Part shown: positions 46,527-56,230 of the stretch, one piece after another | Layout of the letters: the number at the start of each line of letters is the position of its first letter | How positions within the stretch are numbered: position 1 is the stretch's first letter | IMG/VR virus record: IMGVR_UViG_3300030382_001297 | Coordinates: 8,518 to 72,517 of that record | Origin: a virus | Reading direction: 5' to 3' (one strand) | DNA: 64,000 bases | Program-made: the position numbers and the translations under genes | Notes under the pieces: generated by a model | Databases searched by the model: none | What the model was told of the DNA's origin: nothing | The model's input: only the letters and a program-made list of their open reading frames with translations

Positions 46527-47486
46527 ATGGCGCGCGACGATTATGGAGCCATAAACGTGATTTCTGATGAGGAACGCGAAATCCTAGGCATAGGAGGCTC
46601 CAAGAAACCTGATGATGACGATGAGAAATTGTTCGAGACTATTGGTAAAGCTGCTGATAAGATAGGGGAAACCCAAGTAGGCAAGAAGATAGGAACAATA
46701 ATAACTATAGTATTGCTAGCTCTCTTGAGTGGAGGGGCCAATATGTCTATCATTCACGATTATTTAAACGGTGATGAAGAAATTGGTCCTGTCGGGGGCT
46801 GTTTACAGACAGATGCTACCAATTATAACCCACAAGCTACTTTCGACGATGGAAGTTGTAACTTCTTGATTATTATATATGGTTGTACGAATTCTCAAGC
46901 TGAGAACTATCAACCTAATGCTACGCATGACGATGGTCGTTGTGTAGTTATAAATGATAATCCCAATGGCACCAATGGTAATGGTAATGAAACCGCTGCC
47001 ATCTATGGTTGTACAGATATAGAAGCCAATAATTATGATGATAAAGCTACTGAAGATGATGGTTCATGTGATTACGAGGATGAATATGAAGAAGAACACG
47101 GGAACCACACATCGGTACACTTTTATCCCGGTTGGTATAACGAAGAGACCGATAATATGTCTGTCTTCTGGGTAGACCCAGATGCTGACGGTATTTCCGT
47201 ATTAACAGATATAGATACAGATTGTTATGATTATAGTACGTCTGTATTAGTTTATGTGGATGTATGGCATGAGGAATCTGGTGATTATAACTGGACCGAT
47301 TTATATTTTACAGTTAATGGTAATGATTGGGACGACCATTGGTTTAATTTCACTTTTGAAGAACTTAATAATACAGAAGGTACATGGTCCATGTGGGTAG
47401 CATTACTCGTATGGGACGATGTAGATGAAGAATATATCTTTCAACAACAGTTTGATATACCAATGATAAGAGTGGAGGAGCCATGA
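46527..47486 (+). CDS. Membrane-anchored acidic surface protein with three GCxD/NxxAxNY..ATxDDGxC repeats
   Basis: TM helix near residues 55-72; three tandem Cys repeats; own TATA box at 46496. Confidence 0.7.
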   Translation: MARDDYGAINVISDEEREILGIGGSKKPDDDDEKLFETIGKAADKIGETQVGKKIGTIITIVLLALLSGGANMSIIHDYLNGDEEIGPVGGCLQTDATNYNPQATFDDGSCNFLIIIYGCTNSQAENYQPNATHDDGRCVVINDNPNGTNGNGNETAAIYGCTDIEANNYDDKATEDDGSCDYEDEYEEEHGNHTSVHFYPGWYNEETDNMSVFWVDPDADGISVLTDIDTDCYDYSTSVLVYVDVWHEESGDYNWTDLYFTVNGNDWDDHWFNFTFEELNNTEGTWSMWVALLVWDDVDEEYIFQQQFDIPMIRVEEP

Positions 47487-47607
47487 AGGCCAAAGATATG
47501 ATGCAGTTAACAGATAAATTAGATATGATATTGTCAGAACTGGACGACTTGAGAACATTAGTTATAAAGTCTACAGCAGACGAATATAAAAGAAGTATGG
47601 AGGAAGA

Positions 47608-47931
47608 ATGAGTAATCATAAAAAAGATGCAGCATCCCCTGATGGGAACTTTGCTAACTTTATGATGATGTTAGTAGCAGCACCAGTAGTTATGGCATGG
47701 GTAGGACTATCTATATTTTTAGTTACTATGGCGTTCAGAGAACCCACAATAGTACAAGATATAGAGTCATATAAATCAGTATTACTGATTATAGGTTCAC
47801 CTGCGCTAGTAATTATATATAAGGTATTAGAGTTATGGACTGCTCAACAGAACAGTCAGATAGAACAAACAAGAAAAGGTACGTTTCGTAATGGAGACGA
47901 ACACGAACACGAAGAGGAGATAAAGAAATGA
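47608..47931 (+). CDS. Small membrane protein (2 TM)
   Basis: Two hydrophobic segments. Confidence 0.6.
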   Translation: MSNHKKDAASPDGNFANFMMMLVAAPVVMAWVGLSIFLVTMAFREPTIVQDIESYKSVLLIIGSPALVIIYKVLELWTAQQNSQIEQTRKGTFRNGDEHEHEEEIKK

Positions 47932-48067
47932 ACGATTTTGAAATAAGAGCGATGTATGAACAAGTACAACAGATGGAAGTGAAAATGAAAGCATTAGAGG
48001 TAGTATTGAACGATTGCCTCGACAGACTTGGCCTAGAGAGATTAGCTAGGCTAAAAGGAGAAGAATA

Positions 48068-48475
48068 ATGCCAACGAAAGAACTATATGAAAAATATCAA
48101 GGTAACCAATCAGATAAGAAACCTGTGGAGTCATCCGCAGGAGGATTGTTTAAAGGAGAACACTGGTCAGAAGAGTACGCAAAGACTCTAGACTGGGAAC
48201 ACCCATCACAAGCAGAAATAAATGAGATGGCTCACGCTTCTCATAAAGCTATTACCTGTATGGATAAAATGCCCGAAGATATTAAAGATAAGCCCGCAAT
48301 TAGAGAAGTATATGATGGTACAACTTATAGCTTAGCCTACATTCCTACTCAAGAATATCTAGAAGATATGAAAGAGAGTCACGAACGAGGAGACCGTGAA
48401 TACGGTGCCCAGAACGAAGAGAGTGACCCAATGGATGTTTATACTGCAAAGTATGATAGGAAAGGAGATGAGTAA
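48068..48475 (+). CDS. Hypothetical protein
   Basis: GGAG RBS. Confidence 0.55.
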   Translation: MPTKELYEKYQGNQSDKKPVESSAGGLFKGEHWSEEYAKTLDWEHPSQAEINEMAHASHKAITCMDKMPEDIKDKPAIREVYDGTTYSLAYIPTQEYLEDMKESHERGDREYGAQNEESDPMDVYTAKYDRKGDE

Positions 48476-48477
48476 TC

Positions 48478-48681
48478 ATGGCTGACGATATTGTGGACGA
48501 CGGGGCTGAGCCCTCAGAAGAAAAAACATGTTGCGACTGTTGTTGCACCAAAACAATCTTAGCTAAAATAGATAAGGAGAACTTTATTAATATGAACTAT
48601 CAAGGTGAAAATGATAATAGTTTTACTACTCTAATAGGTAAGGTAGACGAAATACTTAAATTATTAAATAAAGAGGATTAA
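48478..48681 (+). CDS. Hypothetical protein with CCDCCC motif
   Basis: ORF track. Confidence 0.5.
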   Translation: MADDIVDDGAEPSEEKTCCDCCCTKTILAKIDKENFINMNYQGENDNSFTTLIGKVDEILKLLNKED

Positions 48682-48682
48682 T

Positions 48683-48934
48683 ATGGCAGAAAATCAAAAT
48701 AAAAAATACAACATAGATAAAACTCTTACAATGAGGAAGAGCGGACAAGGTGAAAAGGTTTACAGCCACGTTGGTGGTAAAACTCATGCCCTTGAACATC
48801 ATGCTATATCTAAAGAGACAGCTCTTAAACAAATTAGAGATGTAACTGAATCAGAGATAGCACGCCGTGAACATCATGGTCATCATATTGGTAAGAGACA
48901 ACATTCCAAAACCAAATACACCCATCATGGTTAG
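48683..48934 (+). CDS. His-rich basic hypothetical protein
   Basis: ORF track; GAGG RBS. Confidence 0.55.
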   Translation: MAENQNKKYNIDKTLTMRKSGQGEKVYSHVGGKTHALEHHAISKETALKQIRDVTESEIARREHHGHHIGKRQHSKTKYTHHG

Positions 48935-48936
48935 AT

Positions 48937-49206
48937 ATGGCTTACAACAGTAAATCTAAAAAACGTCGTGAAGCGGCAGCAAGAAAGAAGCCGGGAGGCT
49001 CAAACGTAGGAGATTATCCTAACGTTAGTAAATTTGCTGGCCCATCAGGAGGAGCACCTAAAGGTAGCTATCCTATTAATACTAAGAAGAGAGCTAAATC
49101 AGCTCTTAAGCTGGCACATAATGCGCCAAACCCAGCTGGTATCAAAAAGGCAGTATACAAAGAGTATCCTTCTTTAAAGAAGAAAAAGAATGGTAAGAAA
49201 AAATAA
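48937..49206 (+). CDS. Small basic protein
   Basis: 'FAGP..GSYPI.....A..AL..A......IK.AV...YP' pattern seen in phage small basic proteins. Confidence 0.6.
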   Translation: MAYNSKSKKRREAAARKKPGGSNVGDYPNVSKFAGPSGGAPKGSYPINTKKRAKSALKLAHNAPNPAGIKKAVYKEYPSLKKKKNGKKK

Positions 49207-49306
49207 GAACGGAGTTCCACGTAAGAAGCCCAAGAAACGTAGAGTTAAAAAGGGCGAGAAAGCTTATCGTGGTAAAGATGGTAAACTCAGGAAGAAAAAG
49301 AGATGA
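49190..49306 (+). CDS. 38-aa protamine-like K/R-rich peptide (not in ORF track)
   Basis: MVRKNKNGVPRKKPKKRRVKKGEKAYRGKDGKLRKKKR; ATGA-coupled to ORF 49303. Confidence 0.55.
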   Translation: MVRKNKNGVPRKKPKKRRVKKGEKAYRGKDGKLRKKKR

Positions 49307-49485
49307 GTATCACAAAAGAAGAAATTATCGCCACAATAGAGGCAGACTTAGCTGACGCTGAAACCAAGTTAAGTTCTCTTATGTCTACAGGAAGTATGAG
49401 TGAGGATGAAAGTAAGGTAGCTAATTATATAGGCAGATGTACCCTCCTCAATGATACAAAAACGTGGGTAACGGATAACCTCTAA
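49303..49485 (+). CDS. Hypothetical protein
   Basis: ORF track. Confidence 0.5.
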   Translation: MSITKEEIIATIEADLADAETKLSSLMSTGSMSEDESKVANYIGRCTLLNDTKTWVTDNL

Positions 49486-49601
49486 GTAAGCTTTATATAG
49501 TAGGGGGTCCTACTATGTATAGGCTCTCACAGAAGGGCCAAGGCACCACAGGACACTTAAACGCAAGCGTCACGGTGGGAGCCCCAAAAAAGGAAAAAAA
49601 T

Positions 49602-50045
49602 ATGTCAAATAATACGACAAACGAACCAGCAACTAACGAGACTCTAGATAACGTTACTGCTGACGAAGTAAGCGAATCTGGAATGATAGATGGTATATTG
49701 GATGCATTAACTGACTCACCTGAGCTCATGCTCGCCGTAGCAGTTATAGGAGCACTTGTTGCTTATATTGCATACACACAGCCAGCTGTAAAAGCGTTAA
49801 TATATAAATTCGGAGGCTCTTATTTGAAGAACCACGAAGCCGAGATAGATAAATTAATCGAGGTACATTTAACGTCTGCCCAGTTGAAAGCTTATGAGAA
49901 GCTAGATGTTCTAGCACAAAAGCATGTTAAAGATGCAATGCTCAAAAACGTAATACTATCTGTATGGGACCAGAACGACGACAAATTTGTTGCCGCGGTC
50001 AAAGCAGAAACCAAAGCAGCTTTTGCTAGCGCAAAGACTCTTTGA
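49602..50045 (+). CDS. Membrane protein (likely start ATG 49602 rather than 49515)
   Basis: One TM helix. The upstream part of the track ORF overlaps the likely TSS and a structured leader. Confidence 0.55.
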   Translation: MSNNTTNEPATNETLDNVTADEVSESGMIDGILDALTDSPELMLAVAVIGALVAYIAYTQPAVKALIYKFGGSYLKNHEAEIDKLIEVHLTSAQLKAYEKLDVLAQKHVKDAMLKNVILSVWDQNDDKFVAAVKAETKAAFASAKTL

Positions 50046-50389
50046 ACGAACACGAGTATGAGCAGCGGTTACGCCAGCGAGTAGGTGAAGGAGAATATGA
50101 ACGTCATAAAGAACTTGTACGCTTGCTGGCTCGCAATCTTGCTCTTGAAGACATATTGTGGGAAGAAATTTCTTTACATATTCGGGATGTTAACTTACGA
50201 ACAGAGCTCTTGCGCCAAAGAAATTCAATCGTTCGTGACATACATACGGAATTCAGAGCATTAAACATAGAGATACCTACTGTAGTGGAACAGCGGACGG
50301 AAGGGTTTGCTAGTTTCTTGGAGGATTTAACAGATGACGAAAGCGATAAGAAACGAGACAAAGAAACTGAAAGCGACACTGACAGGTAA
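50042..50389 (+). CDS. Putative terminase small subunit
   Basis: Helical 115-aa ORF immediately upstream of and overlapping TerL; positional call only. Confidence 0.4.
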   Translation: MNEHEYEQRLRQRVGEGEYERHKELVRLLARNLALEDILWEEISLHIRDVNLRTELLRQRNSIVRDIHTEFRALNIEIPTVVEQRTEGFASFLEDLTDDESDKKRDKETESDTDR

Positions 50390-52046
50390 GAGCGCACATG
50401 ATTCAAGAGAATTAGAAGAGATATTTGAAAGCTGTAGATATGATGAAGACAAAATGCTTAAATTGGTTAGAGCTTTTTGTGAAACCTATTTAATTGATAA
50501 TAAACAGCGCGCTTTAAAATTAAGACCACTCCAAGAAGAGATAATAGTTAAATCATTAACTCACCGTGAAGATGGTGGTCAACGTAAATTAGCTATCTTA
50601 GCTCCACGAGGCAGTGGTAAATCTTATGCCTTAGCTGTAGCTGTGACTATCTATATGTTCTTTAAAAGATTTCGAGATTTAATATTTGTATTGGCTCCAT
50701 CAGAGGACCAAGCAGCATTAATCTTTGGTTATGTTTATAGAAACTTTAAGGATAATAGATTTTTAGATAGCTTAGTAGATAATTATAAATTTCACAATAA
50801 GCCCCATATACGCATGAAGGGGGGCACAATGATGCGTAGAGCTCCATTAGCGCCTAGTAATCAAGGGCAAGCTATACGAGGACAACATCCTACTTTATGT
50901 ATTGTGGACGAAAGTCCTCTAATTGATGACCATTTATTTGTAGATAACGTAGAACCAGCGATAGTTTCAAATAAGGCCCCGTTCATAAATTTAGGTACAC
51001 CAAAGTCAAAAGAGAATCACATGTACCGATATCTCTACTCAGAAGCTTATGAAAGTAGTTTCACGAGATTGGTGTTTTCATGGAAAGACGCAATTAAACA
51101 AGGAGATGCTTATTCACCTCCTTATACTGAATTAGAAATGTTAGATAAGATGACGGAATGGGGGGAAGATTCTATCTACTGGAGGACAGAATACGAATGT
51201 GAGTTTGTAGAGAGTGTATCGCAAATATTCAATCCAGAAAAATTAAGGGACTGTTTTGATGAATACGAACCGTGGACCAGAGAGACTCTCGATGACGAGC
51301 GAGGAAATCTTCCTAATGAAATTTCTGTCGGTGTTGATGTTGGGAAATCTATTAACTCTACTGTTATTACCGGATGGGCAAGGGAAAAACTTACTACTGA
51401 GGACGGTGGACATGATATTGCCCGTCTTATATACGTGGAAGAAATCAATCCTAGAAGTGGTGGACACGATATTCCATACCAGCGTCAGCGTATCATTGAC
51501 GTCTGTAATCGTTTGCACGCTAAGCGTCTTATCGTTGATTGTACTGGTATTGGTGGTGCGATTGAACAAGACTTAAGGGTAGAGTGTATAAATAGTAGTC
51601 CCCAGATACATTTCCTACCTTTCATTTTTACGGGTGGTCCGAGAGGGACGAAGACCCAGATATATAGAGATTACGTTTCTTATATCCAACAAAAACTAGT
51701 AAAGGTACCTAATCCAGAAAGCCAAGAACCTCATATAAAGAGATTAATTTTAAAATGGTATGCAGAACATAGAGACCTTGAATATACTATGGATGCAGCC
51801 AATAAGACCGAAAAGATAGCAGCTCCTTCCGGAAAACACGATGATTATTGTGATAGTTCGGTAATGGCGCTACATGCTACCTTATCTATGCTTCCTGCTG
51901 GTGCAGGAGTGGCCTCATCTAATAGAGGCGGAAGTAATAGCGATAGAATACGAAGAGCACCCACTAGACAACAAAATTGGAGTGGAAAGTCTGTTTTAAC
52001 CACAGCTGCTCGCTCTCATCGCCTTAATAAAGGTATACGCTTTTAG
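50334..52046 (+). CDS. terL: Terminase large subunit
   Basis: 'LRPLQ', Walker A 'APRGSGKS', Walker B 'CIVDE', coupling motif 'GTP', nuclease 'GVDVG', 'VDCTGIG', 'HDDYCDS'. Confidence 0.93.
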   Translation: MTKAIRNETKKLKATLTGKSAHDSRELEEIFESCRYDEDKMLKLVRAFCETYLIDNKQRALKLRPLQEEIIVKSLTHREDGGQRKLAILAPRGSGKSYALAVAVTIYMFFKRFRDLIFVLAPSEDQAALIFGYVYRNFKDNRFLDSLVDNYKFHNKPHIRMKGGTMMRRAPLAPSNQGQAIRGQHPTLCIVDESPLIDDHLFVDNVEPAIVSNKAPFINLGTPKSKENHMYRYLYSEAYESSFTRLVFSWKDAIKQGDAYSPPYTELEMLDKMTEWGEDSIYWRTEYECEFVESVSQIFNPEKLRDCFDEYEPWTRETLDDERGNLPNEISVGVDVGKSINSTVITGWAREKLTTEDGGHDIARLIYVEEINPRSGGHDIPYQRQRIIDVCNRLHAKRLIVDCTGIGGAIEQDLRVECINSSPQIHFLPFIFTGGPRGTKTQIYRDYVSYIQQKLVKVPNPESQEPHIKRLILKWYAEHRDLEYTMDAANKTEKIAAPSGKHDDYCDSSVMALHATLSMLPAGAGVASSNRGGSNSDRIRRAPTRQQNWSGKSVLTTAARSHRLNKGIRF

Positions 52047-52092
52047 CACAATCTTTATATACTCCTTTCGGTTTATATATATGTGACTAGCC

Positions 52093-53412
52093 ATGTCAAT
52101 AATTGATAGAGTGCGAAGAAGGTTCGCAAATGTGGGGGCTAATCCCCCTTTCAAAGAGAACGACCCACGAGATTTCGGAGCAGGTGTCATTAAAAGACTC
52201 AAACTTCAAAATAACGGTTACAATGTAAGAGGAAAAGGAGATTTTGAACCACATATAGGTGCTCCACGTACTTATATGAATGTTTATTTACAAGACCCTG
52301 TTGTAAGAACATTAATAGACCTTCCATGCTTTTATGCTGTAAAAGATAACTTTGATATAGTAACAGAAGATGATGGTGTCCGAGATACTATCGAAGAGAT
52401 GTTCAGAGATATAAATATTGAACAAACTATATATGGTTGGGTAAGAAACGCCCGTGTTTTTGGTACGGGTTATCTGGAGTGGACTGGAGACAACTTAGTT
52501 CTTCGTTCTAGCCAAAACATGTACGTTAAGAGAAACGAGCATGGACAAATAATGTATTATTATCAAGATGTCGGAGATGATAAAGAAAATATCAGATTTG
52601 AAGAAGATGAGATAATAGAACTTAAAAATAATCCCTTTGACGATTATGCATATGGTTTATCTGATATACACCCTATAATGTATCTGATAGACTTAAAAGA
52701 TTATGCAGAAAGGGATATAGGAGCCGCACTTAATAAATATGCGATATCAAGATTTGATATATCTTGCGGTCTACCTGATATGCCCTATGGCCCTGATAAG
52801 ATTAATGAGGTTGTAGACGCTTTTAATAATTTAGCACCCGGTGAAGATATAATTCACGGCAATGATATAGCTATTAAAGAATTAGGTGGAACACAGAGAG
52901 CATTTGAGTATGGAAAATATACTGACGATTTACTGGCTAAAATACACATGGCTTTAAAGGTTCCTTTAACTATGTGGAGCGACCCTGAAAAGGCTCGTCC
53001 CATATTTGAGCCATATGTTAATTATTTACAGTCTGCGATAGAAGGTGCATTAAATGCACAGTTGATGCCTCAATTAGAATCCGGCGAAGCTAAATTTAGA
53101 TTCCGAGCCGTTAATATAGATGATGCATTTACTAAAGCTAAGACAGACATGATATATTTATCTGAAGGCGTACTCTCACCCGGCGAAGTTAGAGAAGAAC
53201 GTGGTCTTGACCCTGAAGGAGTTGTAGAATTAGATATGGAAACTTCTGAAGATGTTAAAGCATCACCACTCGAAGGTGGACCCGGTAAAAAGGAGAGCAG
53301 TAAGAACGCTAACATATCTGGAGGAAAAGATACAGATAAAAAAGAAGAGAGTGCGAGAGCACCAAATAGGGGAAACAAACCCTCCGCTAACGCGACAGGA
53401 GATAGAAAATGA
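52093..53412 (+). CDS. Portal protein
   Basis: Follows TerL; 'VFGTGY.E', 'YGLS.I', 'G.LSP.EVR...GL.P'. Confidence 0.85.
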   Translation: MSIIDRVRRRFANVGANPPFKENDPRDFGAGVIKRLKLQNNGYNVRGKGDFEPHIGAPRTYMNVYLQDPVVRTLIDLPCFYAVKDNFDIVTEDDGVRDTIEEMFRDINIEQTIYGWVRNARVFGTGYLEWTGDNLVLRSSQNMYVKRNEHGQIMYYYQDVGDDKENIRFEEDEIIELKNNPFDDYAYGLSDIHPIMYLIDLKDYAERDIGAALNKYAISRFDISCGLPDMPYGPDKINEVVDAFNNLAPGEDIIHGNDIAIKELGGTQRAFEYGKYTDDLLAKIHMALKVPLTMWSDPEKARPIFEPYVNYLQSAIEGALNAQLMPQLESGEAKFRFRAVNIDDAFTKAKTDMIYLSEGVLSPGEVREERGLDPEGVVELDMETSEDVKASPLEGGPGKKESSKNANISGGKDTDKKEESARAPNRGNKPSANATGDRK

Positions 53413-54674
53413 CGTACGAAAAATGTAAGACAACCGTAAGTGCAACACTAAAAAAGCGTGGTTTTGATAACCACAGCAATATGGCAGCTAGCATGTGTTC
53501 CATGTGGGCTGAGGAGAATGGTGTCGAGCGGGAATTTGCAGGAGAAACCGACAGAGTTGCTACTCAACGTACATTCGCTATTTCCCTTGAGGGAAATTCC
53601 GACATGACATTTAATAGCGATGAGGGGGTTGATTCTGTAACTTTCCCTGTGATAGCTATTACTTCTGGTCTCCATAAGTATATGGAAGACGAGATAAACA
53701 AAAAGGTTTATATAGAACCGACCATCTTAAAAGATAGTATAGAGAAGTTCTCAGAGCTTCCTATATATATTAATCATCAACGAACGCCTGAGGATTTAAT
53801 CGGCATGGCTACTGACCCTGAGGTAATAGAATTGAAAGATGGAAAATATGGAATGCAAATGAAAGCTACTGTTAGTAACAAGACAGGACACGGACAAGAA
53901 GTGATGAATAAGGTCAAGGACGGGGATATGACTCACGTTAGTATTGATTGGTTCTCCAATGATATTGACGTTATGGGTGACACATACGCCACCAAGTTAC
54001 GTCCCACAGAGGTAAGTTTCATTGACAATGAAAAAATGGACCCCGTCTGTAAGGAATGTACGATAGGAAAGGAATGTAGTTTACATGAGGCTAGTGACGA
54101 CCACGACTGTGGTTGTGGTGGCACTGAAGGTTCATGTGAATGTGAAGACGGGAAGACAGAGGTCAAAACTATGACAGAAGAAAAAGTAGAAACCAATGTG
54201 AAATCCGATGCAGAGAACATTGTTGAACGCGAATTCGCTTCACTACGTGCTCAGCTGGAAGAGTTGAATGCTTCTAAAACGGAAGTCGAATCCCAGTATG
54301 CTGATGCTTTAAAACAAATTGAAGCATTTAAGCTCGCTGAGGAAGAGAGAGCCGCAAAGGAAGCTGAAGCAAGAAAGCTAGAGACTATTGAAACGATTAT
54401 ATCCAAGGAAGTTCTTTTCGGCACAGTCGAAGAGGAAAAGAAGGATGCACGCGTTGAGGAACTATCTGCTTGGGATGAACCAAGGCTGACTGGATTCAGC
54501 GACGCATTAAATGCAATGCCTGTCCCAGAAGTAGACACAGAGAGACAATTCGGAAAAGGAAAATCCAATGACGGAGAAGCTCCAGCTGCTGAAGAGACAG
54601 AAAGGCAATTTAGTGTAGAATTAATAAAAGATGGGCAAGTAAGGCTCAACAAAGAATTACTAAGAGGTAATTAA
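53409..54674 (+). CDS. Prohead protease fused to coiled-coil scaffold
   Basis: 'PIYINH', 'VSI', 'EVSF' protease motifs; acidic coiled-coil C-terminal half; lies between portal and MCP. Confidence 0.75.
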   Translation: MTYEKCKTTVSATLKKRGFDNHSNMAASMCSMWAEENGVEREFAGETDRVATQRTFAISLEGNSDMTFNSDEGVDSVTFPVIAITSGLHKYMEDEINKKVYIEPTILKDSIEKFSELPIYINHQRTPEDLIGMATDPEVIELKDGKYGMQMKATVSNKTGHGQEVMNKVKDGDMTHVSIDWFSNDIDVMGDTYATKLRPTEVSFIDNEKMDPVCKECTIGKECSLHEASDDHDCGCGGTEGSCECEDGKTEVKTMTEEKVETNVKSDAENIVEREFASLRAQLEELNASKTEVESQYADALKQIEAFKLAEEERAAKEAEARKLETIETIISKEVLFGTVEEEKKDARVEELSAWDEPRLTGFSDALNAMPVPEVDTERQFGKGKSNDGEAPAAEETERQFSVELIKDGQVRLNKELLRGN

Positions 54675-54676
54675 AT

Positions 54677-55066
54677 ATGGCAACAGAAATATTAGTAAAT
54701 GACGGTGGTGCACCAGCAAGAATTTTACCATTCACAGCTGGCAGCACAATTACCGCAGGATACCCTGTGCAGATGGGAGCAGATGCAGAAATCGACCAGA
54801 ACACAGTGGCAAACGGCAAACCACTAGGTTTTGCTTTGACCACGGTAACCAGCGGAAACGTAGCAAGTATTATAACAGGTCACGGTATTGTAATCAATGC
54901 GTACTGCTCTGGAACTATTGGACGAGGAGACGGTGTAGCTACATTAGCTGACGGTAACCTAGGACAATCTTCCGCAGTAGCTAACTCAATCGGTTATTAC
55001 ATCGACCCAAGTGGTGCGCACTCAGGTGCAGCTACATTACAACGTATACTGTATCAGGGGCTATAA
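54677..55066 (+). CDS. Capsid decoration/cement protein
   Basis: Small G/A-rich beta protein 'AG..I.AG.PV......G.PLGFA' directly before MCP. Confidence 0.6.
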   Translation: MATEILVNDGGAPARILPFTAGSTITAGYPVQMGADAEIDQNTVANGKPLGFALTTVTSGNVASIITGHGIVINAYCSGTIGRGDGVATLADGNLGQSSAVANSIGYYIDPSGAHSGAATLQRILYQGL

Positions 55067-55080
55067 GGAGAACATAAAAC

Positions 55081-56148
55081 ATGGCAGCATTAAACTCAAA
55101 TTTAGCACCCGGTGTACTGACGACCCTAAATACAGGAGCGGCAGATGGCGGCGTGGGCGAACGTGTACTTATTGACTATAAAGATGCAATTCAGGACTAC
55201 AAAGTTGTAGACCTACCTGCATTGTCAATGTTCTGCGACCCTATGACTACAGACACCGGCGGTGATATTGATATCACCTTCGCAAAACCCTCAATGGGTA
55301 TGGAAGAAATCAACGAAGGAAACACTCCTAAGTACCAACACACCAACTTACGCTCCGAGAGAGTGTCCGTTGATGAGTGGGGACTTGCAGTAGGTGTAAC
55401 CCGAAGAATGATAGAAGACTCAAGATTCAACGAAGTAGAAATGGCTTTGAACGAAGCACGAAGAGCAGTTGATAGACACGTTACAAAGAACGTTGTTTAT
55501 GGATTACTCGGTGTCGGAGATTCAACATTAAAAACCGGTGTATCTGGTGGAACCTCAATCACAGCATCAACTACGGAAACAGTTATTACAACTTTCGCAG
55601 ATGCTCAATATGGTGGTTTCCTCGGAAGCGGCGGAACTGTTAACTCCGGACGTATCTACTCCTATGGTAACACATCTGACGCAGTATTGACTGGAAGTCA
55701 CTACGTTGAAGATACCGGTGCCGCAGGAAGCGTTACATTGAGTAAAATAACGGATTCGATGGAATTTATTGGAGGTCACGGGTACAACCCAACAGCTCTT
55801 TTAATTTCCCCCGGCCACTACAAGACCATCCTTAACATGGCAGACTTCACAACCGCGGTAGCAAACAGCGGCAGATACGTTCTTGATACACCCGTAGAGA
55901 GAACCTCAATCACAGGTCTAATTGGAAGCATATATGGATTGCGTGTATACGTCAATGCATGGTGTCCTCCAGATAGATACTTTGTATGGGATGAATCTGT
56001 GAAGCCTATGGCTTATGTTGAGAGAAGGCCATTGACTGTAGAAGAGGCAAACCCCGGTTTCGGAATTGTCGGTTCTTACATGTCGATGAGATACGGATTG
56101 AAGGTTGTAAACCCAGCGTCCGGTGTAGTTATCTATAACTCAGGTTAG
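55081..56148 (+). CDS. Major capsid protein (HK97 fold)
   Basis: 'EI.EG...', 'VTRRMIEDS', 'G.I.GL.V.V', 'RYG..V.NP'; position in head operon. Confidence 0.88.
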   Translation: MAALNSNLAPGVLTTLNTGAADGGVGERVLIDYKDAIQDYKVVDLPALSMFCDPMTTDTGGDIDITFAKPSMGMEEINEGNTPKYQHTNLRSERVSVDEWGLAVGVTRRMIEDSRFNEVEMALNEARRAVDRHVTKNVVYGLLGVGDSTLKTGVSGGTSITASTTETVITTFADAQYGGFLGSGGTVNSGRIYSYGNTSDAVLTGSHYVEDTGAAGSVTLSKITDSMEFIGGHGYNPTALLISPGHYKTILNMADFTTAVANSGRYVLDTPVERTSITGLIGSIYGLRVYVNAWCPPDRYFVWDESVKPMAYVERRPLTVEEANPGFGIVGSYMSMRYGLKVVNPASGVVIYNSG

Positions 56149-56171
56149 ATAGGTAATTATTAAGGGCGAAC

Positions 56172-56198
56172 AGGAGGGGGCGCCCTAAGCTCCCCTCC
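56172..56198 (+). terminator. Hairpin after MCP
   Basis: GGAGGGG...CCCCTCC followed by a T-rich tract. Confidence 0.5.
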
Positions 56199-56230
56199 AC
56201 TTAAGTTTATTTTAAAACGGGTCCCCACCT

